From positions 36,118 to 100,117 of the forward strand of contig JAZSAV010000039.1 of the NCBI GenBank assembly GCA_045602085.1: a stretch of DNA of 64,000 bases, given 5' to 3'. This document shows, in pieces, positions 58,100 to 64,000 of the stretch (its first letter is position 1; every line of letters begins with the position of its first letter). The DNA comes from Prevotella sp. (GTDB lineage: Bacteria > Bacteroidota > Bacteroidia > Bacteroidales > Bacteroidaceae). Made by a program: the position numbers and the translations under genes. Under the pieces are notes generated by a model. The model was not told the DNA's origin, did not search any database, and worked only from the letters and a program-made list of their open reading frames with translations.

Positions 58100-58245
58100 T
58101 TTTTTTCTACGTTTTATTATTGGTATCAGCTAAAATTTTTATATTAAAAAAATCCCTATTTAATCCCTAATCCAGAAAGAATATCCCCATCCTCCTACTT
58201 TAATCGGAAGATGGGGAAGAATGTATAAAGTCGGTTTACAACTGA

Positions 58246-60420
58246 TTAGAGAGCAATCTTTATAGATTTGTTGCCAACCTTTACTATTGCAACACTACCA
58301 GTTTGTGCTTCTGTATGAATTGTTGCCTTGTTAAGAACTGTCTTTGCTTCACCAAGCTTTGTGCCTGATATGCCATAAACCTCTACCATTGTGCCATCGT
58401 CAGCACCTGATATGGTTATTGTTCCATTGCTTGCCTGAACAACCACAGGCAGAGCCTTTATATTAGCAATATCAGTATTTGTAAGACCCTCAGACTTTGG
58501 TTCTACGTCAATCCAACACAATGTTGCTTTTGCCACTTCTGAATCCTTGTAGCCTTCCTTTGTGGCATATACGCTGATGTTGTAGGTTACGTTTAACTGA
58601 ACTTCATTTGCTTCAAACGATGCTATGTCATCATCTGTTATTATAGACTTACAAACAGCACCTTCTGTCTCGCAATTAAATATCAGCTTTCCATTCTCGT
58701 ATGATATTGTTGGTGTGGCACAAACTTTTTCAGGAACAACTGGTTCTCCCTCTTCTCCCTCTGTAATGAAGAAGAACTCTTTCCATTGCTCTGCAGCTTG
58801 GTATGCAGCAGAACAACCCTTAGGAATATTCAGTGTACACTCCCATTTGTTTATATCATCGAGAGCCATGCTTCCACAAGTTGGAGGTGTTGTAGCCTTA
58901 CTTGTTATCTCCGTTACTGCTACACAATCAGAGAAAGCCTCCTTACCTATGGTTTTCAGTTGACTGCCGAAAGAGAGTTTCTTCAGACTTGAACAACCGC
59001 TGAATGCCCAATCGCCGAACTTAGTTACACCATCGCCCACTGTAAAATTCTGAAGATTAGTACATCCATAGAACTCATTAGCTGAAATTTCCGTCTCCTT
59101 ATCTGTTATCACAACCTCTCTAAGCGATGTGTTTCTGTAGAATGGTGAGTAGCCAGCGCTTGATGATGTGCTATAAGATATGTCTCCACCGATATACACA
59201 TAGTCAAGAGGACAATCGGCAAACAGAGGGGCATCGTCATTACTATAAAGTCTAATTGCCGTCTCTCTATCTACAATTACAAACTTTTTCAATCTTGTAC
59301 AGCCACAGAATGCATAATCGTAAATTCTTGTTGTTGATTTGGGAATAGAAATTTCAGTAAGATTAGAACAATTCTCAAAACAATATTCTCCAATCGTTTT
59401 TACAGCATTTGGAATAATAATCTCTTTCAGTTGCTCGCAACCGCTGAAAGCATAATAGCCAAATGATTTTATGCTGTTTCCGAAAGAAATAGTTTTAATA
59501 TACTTATTACCATAAAAAGCATAAGGCATTACCTCTTTAACATTCATGCTGATATTTTTATAAGAAACAGTCTCATTGATTTTAATATCAGTAAGAGTAC
59601 TATCATAATTACAATCTATAACATCGCATGTGCGCTCTGATGGATTTACAGGTACGTATGTTATACCATCCACTTCAAACATAGAACTAAGATATTTATA
59701 TACCTTCTTGTCGCTCAAACTTCCATATTGCTCGTTTGATACATAGTTAATCTTTCCTGCTAATTCAGAATGTCCACTTGGTGGAGTATTTGTCAGCCAT
59801 ATTGTCTTTACAGGTGTTGATTGGTCTGGACCAATTGACAAGACGCCAGTACCAATCACCATTGTTTTTAAATTGCAGCCATGAAAAGCCTCATAACCAA
59901 TACTTGTAATGCTGTTGGGGATGGTTATTGAGGTTAGGCTGCTGCAATTAAAGAAAGCATCATTGCCAATGCTTGTGACACCATTGCCGATGGTTACTGA
60001 GTTTAGGCTGAAGCAGTTATTGAAAGTCCAACTGCCAATACTTGTAACGCTGTTAGGGATAGTTATTGAGGTTAGCTCGAAGCAACCAGAAAAAGCATCA
60101 TCGCCAATGCTTGTAACACTGTTGGGGATGGTTACTAAGTTAAGGCTGCTGCAATTAAAGAAAGCATGGTCGTCAATGCTTGTAACAGTATAGGTTTTGC
60201 TATTGTAGGTTACACTATCTAGGATTACTACGCTTCCTGTATATTTATATTCATCATAATTGGAGTCATAATAACTCCCTTGATAAGTTACTTCCACCGT
60301 CAGTTTCTCACTATCAGTAATGTTGTAATAAATGCCATCTACTTCAAAGTCGTGGGCACCTACAGAAATACAACACAAAAGCATGGCTAATGTGACTAAC
60401 ATAGATTTAAGTTGTTTCAT
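58246..60420 (-). CDS. BspA-type leucine-rich-repeat surface protein
   Basis: FEVDGIYY, 23-aa (T/L)xxVTIPNSVTSIGxxAFxxC repeats, C-terminal sorting-like domain. Confidence 0.92.
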   Translation of the reverse strand: MKQLKSMLVTLAMLLCCISVGAHDFEVDGIYYNITDSEKLTVEVTYQGSYYDSNYDEYKYTGSVVILDSVTYNSKTYTVTSIDDHAFFNCSSLNLVTIPNSVTSIGDDAFSGCFELTSITIPNSVTSIGSWTFNNCFSLNSVTIGNGVTSIGNDAFFNCSSLTSITIPNSITSIGYEAFHGCNLKTMVIGTGVLSIGPDQSTPVKTIWLTNTPPSGHSELAGKINYVSNEQYGSLSDKKVYKYLSSMFEVDGITYVPVNPSERTCDVIDCNYDSTLTDIKINETVSYKNISMNVKEVMPYAFYGNKYIKTISFGNSIKSFGYYAFSGCEQLKEIIIPNAVKTIGEYCFENCSNLTEISIPKSTTRIYDYAFCGCTRLKKFVIVDRETAIRLYSNDDAPLFADCPLDYVYIGGDISYSTSSSAGYSPFYRNTSLREVVITDKETEISANEFYGCTNLQNFTVGDGVTKFGDWAFSGCSSLKKLSFGSQLKTIGKEAFSDCVAVTEITSKATTPPTCGSMALDDINKWECTLNIPKGCSAAYQAAEQWKEFFFITEGEEGEPVVPEKVCATPTISYENGKLIFNCETEGAVCKSIITDDDIASFEANEVQLNVTYNISVYATKEGYKDSEVAKATLCWIDVEPKSEGLTNTDIANIKALPVVVQASNGTITISGADDGTMVEVYGISGTKLGEAKTVLNKATIHTEAQTGSVAIVKVGNKSIKIAL

Positions 60421-60466
60421 AATTTTTTCTATATTTAAATTGTTAATGTGTTCTCAAAATACAAAT

Positions 60467-60602
60467 AAAAAACGTGGACAAATCACTTCGTCTACGTTCC
60501 CAAGGCATCGCCAAACGCCCAACAATCTACAACGAGTAAAAAGCCCACGCATAAAGCGCGAACTCATCCACTTCAGTCCTTGATTGTTTATAAATTTGGC
60601 GA
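60467..60602 (-). ncRNA. Candidate structured cis-regulatory RNA in the LRR gene leader
   Basis: Nested complementary blocks TCGCCAAA/TTTGGCGA, AACAATC/GATTGTT, GATGAGT/ACTCGTT, inner TCGCGC/GCGTGG hairpin; GTGGA/TCCAC followed by T6. Confidence 0.45.
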
Positions 60603-60842
60603 ATTTATGGGAACAAGAATCAAAAGTTGACAGTTCTGTCTATAATATGTCCTTAATTAAAAGTCTGTTTTGTTTATGCCATAGGCAATGAGTTTGGTTT
60701 ATTATACATTATATTATTATGCCCCATGTTACTGGGTTCTGCTTGCAAAGATAAAGTTTTTTGCTGAACGGACAAAGAGACGGGCTCAAAATTATTATAG
60801 TAAAAACAACTATGCTGCCATTCTTTTTCCGCCGTTCCACCA

Positions 60843-62015
60843 TTATCTAAACAGACGTGGAGTGAACTCTGTCAGATATATGCGCCAGTTTTTCCATATA
60901 TGTCCGTCTTCATTCTCAAAGTATTCATAGCGGTGGCCTTTCTGGTCGAGCAGTTTTCGGTAATCCTGGTTTGCCTTGTAGAGAAAGTCGGTCTTGCCTA
61001 TGCCTATCCAGTAGAGAGCGGGCTTTTTGGCGAACTGCGTGGCCAGTTTGCCTTCCATGTCCTGATATATTGGCGATGTAGCGTTTCTGCCAGGCTTGAT
61101 GGCTGCAGAAAACAGGCCCACATAATTAAACATATCAGGATATTGCTTTGAGATGTGCAGTGCATGGAATCCACCCATCGACAGTCCTGCAATGGCGCGG
61201 TTCTTCTTGTCGGCCTTTGTACGGTAGTGCTTGTCAATGAATCTCACCACCTCTGGGAAGTGCGACTCAAACGAACCCTCCATCGTTTTTGGCAGATTGA
61301 AAGTGGGCTGTTTCTCCCATCCTAATGACGACTCGCCAGGTGCCGCTTCCAGTGCCGCGTTGCCGTTTGTCATGACCAAAATCATTGGCTCCGCCTTGCC
61401 TTGAGCTATCAGATTGTCGAGAATCTGTGTAGCGCGTCCGAGGTCGCTCCATGCCTCTTCGTCGCCGCCCATGCCGTGAAGGAGATAGAAGACAGGGTAG
61501 CGGCGCTTGCTTGTCTCATAGCCTGCCGGAGTATAGACGGTCATGCGGCGCGACAATCCCAGCGACGGACTTTCGTACCACACCTTAGCCACGGTGCCGT
61601 GCGGCACATTGTTCACTTTATAGAGGTCGGCACGTTCTCCGCCAACAATAAAGACATTAGTAACAGATGCCACGTCGCGAATCATATATACATTGGCGGG
61701 GTCGTGAGCCTTCATGCCGTCTATGTAGAAAGAGTAACTGTATAGTTCTGGCGACAGCGGTTCAGGTGTGGTATATTCCCATACGCCATCTTTGTTCTCT
61801 TTCATGTCTGCGGTGCGATTGGCAATGCAGTCGCCTGTCACTTGCACGCGCACAGCCTTTGGCGCACGGAGGCGGAATGTAACGGTCTTGTCCTTATGTA
61901 TTTCAGGCGACACCACTTCTTTTCTTTGTTGCAGAGCCTGCTGCGCCACTGCCTCTACGGGCAGCAGCAATGCCATCACGCAGATGGCGGCGAATGATTT
62001 AATCAAATTGTTCAT
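60843..62015 (-). CDS. Secreted carbohydrate esterase (CBM48-like N-terminus + CE1-type alpha/beta hydrolase)
   Basis: VTFRLRAP.A, YTPAGY, YLLHGMGG, AGLSMGG, GHIW. Confidence 0.9.
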   Translation of the reverse strand: MNNLIKSFAAICVMALLLPVEAVAQQALQQRKEVVSPEIHKDKTVTFRLRAPKAVRVQVTGDCIANRTADMKENKDGVWEYTTPEPLSPELYSYSFYIDGMKAHDPANVYMIRDVASVTNVFIVGGERADLYKVNNVPHGTVAKVWYESPSLGLSRRMTVYTPAGYETSKRRYPVFYLLHGMGGDEEAWSDLGRATQILDNLIAQGKAEPMILVMTNGNAALEAAPGESSLGWEKQPTFNLPKTMEGSFESHFPEVVRFIDKHYRTKADKKNRAIAGLSMGGFHALHISKQYPDMFNYVGLFSAAIKPGRNATSPIYQDMEGKLATQFAKKPALYWIGIGKTDFLYKANQDYRKLLDQKGHRYEYFENEDGHIWKNWRIYLTEFTPRLFR

Positions 62016-62398
62016 GGGTTGTTATTTCTTTCTCGCAAAGATAATTGTTTTTGTCGGATAAACAGAACGTTTATAAAGTATTTTTCTCTTAGTGTCTCAT
62101 GAAGCAGGTACATGTCTAAAATATTTTTTTGAAAGTGAATTTCTCCTACATCCTACATTTTTGCATGTAATATGTTAAGCCATAGATTGTTAAGTGCAGT
62201 GTATGAGGATTTCAATCCTACATTTTTGGCCCGTTTTTGGGCGCTTTTTGGTAATTTTAACATTTCCCATGTAAAGAATATTTAGAAATTAAAGGAAGAT
62301 AAAGCAAAAGCTAATGTCTTTTATCTCCCTCTATCTTCCTTTATATCCTTCTACCAACAAGCAAGAAAAGCTTGCGAATGTGTAAGATATGCTTCTCC

Positions 62399-62486
62399 AA
62401 ACCGCCGTTTTAGACTTCTAAAAGGGCCGTTTGTGTATCGTAAATGGGCCGTTTGTGTGTCGAAAGTGGTGCATTTAGGAGTGCTA
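62399..62486 (+). repeat. 22-bp period repeats downstream of the VirE-like gene
   Basis: GCCGTTT at 62404, 62426, 62448; degenerate unit at 62470. Confidence 0.75.
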
Positions 62487-62598
62487 ACCGTACCGCTTTC
62501 GTATGAGAAGCGGCACGCTTTTTTGTTGAAAAAACGCCAAATAAATGCGCCAGATAGCAAACGTATCTGACGCAAATATTATTCAGTTAGGATATGTA

Positions 62599-64000
62599 TC
62601 AGAATTTTATAGGCATAATCTTGTAACACATGCCTTTGCTTGTTCTTTTAGACGCATAACCAAGTGCTTGGAGATGTCTGCCTGTTGTTATGCCGGCGGT
62701 TTTGTTGACGACGAATGTAGGGAATTCCTTTTTCAGGCGTTCCATTACATCATATATCGGCACATAGGCGGCATCGTCAGGTGTCTCATTAGGCGTTAGG
62801 TGGGTGAGCGTAATCATCTGATATAGGTCGTTAACTTGCTGATACTGAGAGTTGTGCTCGATGTTAAGCGCGTTTTCTTCTTCGTTGAACCAATATCGGC
62901 GCCCTTCGTCCAGTTCCTGACATAGTTGGGCATACACCATGTTGTGATATATTATGCCAGAATTGTCAATATCGCTGGCGTAGGCGCATACGAAACGTCG
63001 GCTGCCGGTTGGGTCGGTGAGAGGTCGCAGGCAGTTGGTAGTGGCTATGAACGACGCAAAGCGCTGGCGCTGCTGGATGACCTTGCCATAAGGAGGGCGC
63101 ATCTTCACGTCGTGCTTTGAGAGTAGGTATTTCAGCAGAGGCTGCTGACTCTTTTTCATTGAGTCGAACTCGTCGATATTGATGAGTGCGAACGAGGTCA
63201 TGGCGGCAAAGATATCGTTGTCGTTTTTCATGGAAATGCGGTCGTTGAAGTAGGTCTGGAGATACTCCGGCAGCAAACGGCGGCAGAAGGTCGTCTTTCC
63301 GGAACCTTGCGGACCTATGAGCAAAGGCACTATAGCGTTTCCATGCTGCAGGTTCATGCCTCGCCATTGTGCCACCATAGACAGCATCCATGTGTGGAAA
63401 AAGTCTTTCCAGCGAGGGTGGTCGGTCTTTACACGGCTAGCCAGTTCTCCCACCCAGTCGCGCCTGCCGTCCCAGCGTGGCAGATTGCGGAGATAGTCAT
63501 CCATGGGGTAGTATTTAGGTATCAAGTCGCTGTCGATATAGCGGTTGAGGTCCTTGTCCCACGAGTCAACGCCAGCCTTGAGAGCGAGTATCGACATGGT
63601 GTTGCGTGCCGCCTGGTCGAGCGGTTGGAAACCGTGTCCTACGGCGTTTTTGCGATACTCAGGTGTGCCTGTCATCACGTTCAGGCGCAGGGTGTAGTGC
63701 TCTTTCATGTAAGCCTCGGTCTTGAATGTGAGCAGCGCTGACGGACGTGTGAATTTCATCGGAAGCGTTTTCAGCAGTTTTATCTTGTAGGCGGTTCTGA
63801 ATGCCGAACGTATCATTTCCTCGTTTTTTTTGCCTCCGAGCAATGGAATAAATGTGGAGGTACGTACGGCATAGGCTTCTGGCAGCCCCATCTCGTGGCA
63901 TCCGGCTGCAAGCTGTTCTATCACGGCGCAGGTGAAATCCTCGCCCTCTTTGTCGATATGCATCTCAATGGCGTTGTCGAGACAATCGTGAAAGCGGCGC
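62599..64000 (-). CDS. VirE/VapE-family P-loop ATPase (5' end off the window)
   Basis: GPQGSGKTTF, INIDEFD, RPPYG...RFASFIATTN, DPTGSRRF; frame open to the right edge. Confidence 0.9.
   Translation of the reverse strand, partial: RRFHDCLDNAIEMHIDKEGEDFTCAVIEQLAAGCHEMGLPEAYAVRTSTFIPLLGGKKNEEMIRSAFRTAYKIKLLKTLPMKFTRPSALLTFKTEAYMKEHYTLRLNVMTGTPEYRKNAVGHGFQPLDQAARNTMSILALKAGVDSWDKDLNRYIDSDLIPKYYPMDDYLRNLPRWDGRRDWVGELASRVKTDHPRWKDFFHTWMLSMVAQWRGMNLQHGNAIVPLLIGPQGSGKTTFCRRLLPEYLQTYFNDRISMKNDNDIFAAMTSFALINIDEFDSMKKSQQPLLKYLLSKHDVKMRPPYGKVIQQRQRFASFIATTNCLRPLTDPTGSRRFVCAYASDIDNSGIIYHNMVYAQLCQELDEGRRYWFNEEENALNIEHNSQYQQVNDLYQMITLTHLTPNETPDDAAYVPIYDVMERLKKEFPTFVVNKTAGITTGRHLQALGYASKRTSKGMCYKIMPIKF

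Noticed and set aside
59880-60200. 69-bp DNA repeats in the LRR gene as a DGR or antigenic-variation cassette
   Set aside because: Explained by ordinary 23-aa LRR units; no reverse transcriptase or adenine-specific mismatch pattern seen
1-64000. tRNA, rRNA, integrase or transposase genes
   Set aside because: None recognised by eye; island boundaries and att sites therefore cannot be fixed, and a tRNAscan/Infernal run is needed to exclude small RNAs

Overview
Bacteroidota DNA, most consistent with Prevotellaceae (TAnnTTTG promoter motifs before many genes, HU-like/amidase cassette, VirE-like gene, T9SS-type C-termini). Left to right: (1) an AT-rich RiPP-like locus (TPR/LuxR regulator, DUF3244-like protein, radical SAM/SPASM enzyme, Cys-containing precursor, truncated outer-membrane receptor); (2) an orphan HU-like/holin/amidase/spanin-like cassette; (3) GH106 and GH43 glycosidases converging on a five-gene operon (DHDPS-family aldolase, sodium:solute symporter, Fe-ADH, PdxA-family dehydrogenase, DUF1537 kinase) that I infer degrades the rhamnogalacturonan-II sugar Dha via D-threonate, with a probable GH143-type Dha hydrolase 13 kb away; (4) frameshifted GS-III, aguB, aguA, two secreted proteins and a nuclease; (5) a DUF3791/DUF3990 triad, Nif3, a zinc-ribbon protein, a MacAB-TolC-like exporter and a two-component system; (6) a defence island (AAA+RloB, QatABCD, CHAT protease, eroded small gene, SIR2-like); (7) a BspA-type LRR protein with a structured 5' leader, an esterase and a truncated VirE/VapE ATPase. 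Several families of short modular repeats pervade the core regions, sit at fixed positions next to start and stop codons, and are inserted in frame into enzymes (five inserts in one kinase). All family calls come from motifs recognised by eye; no database search was run.
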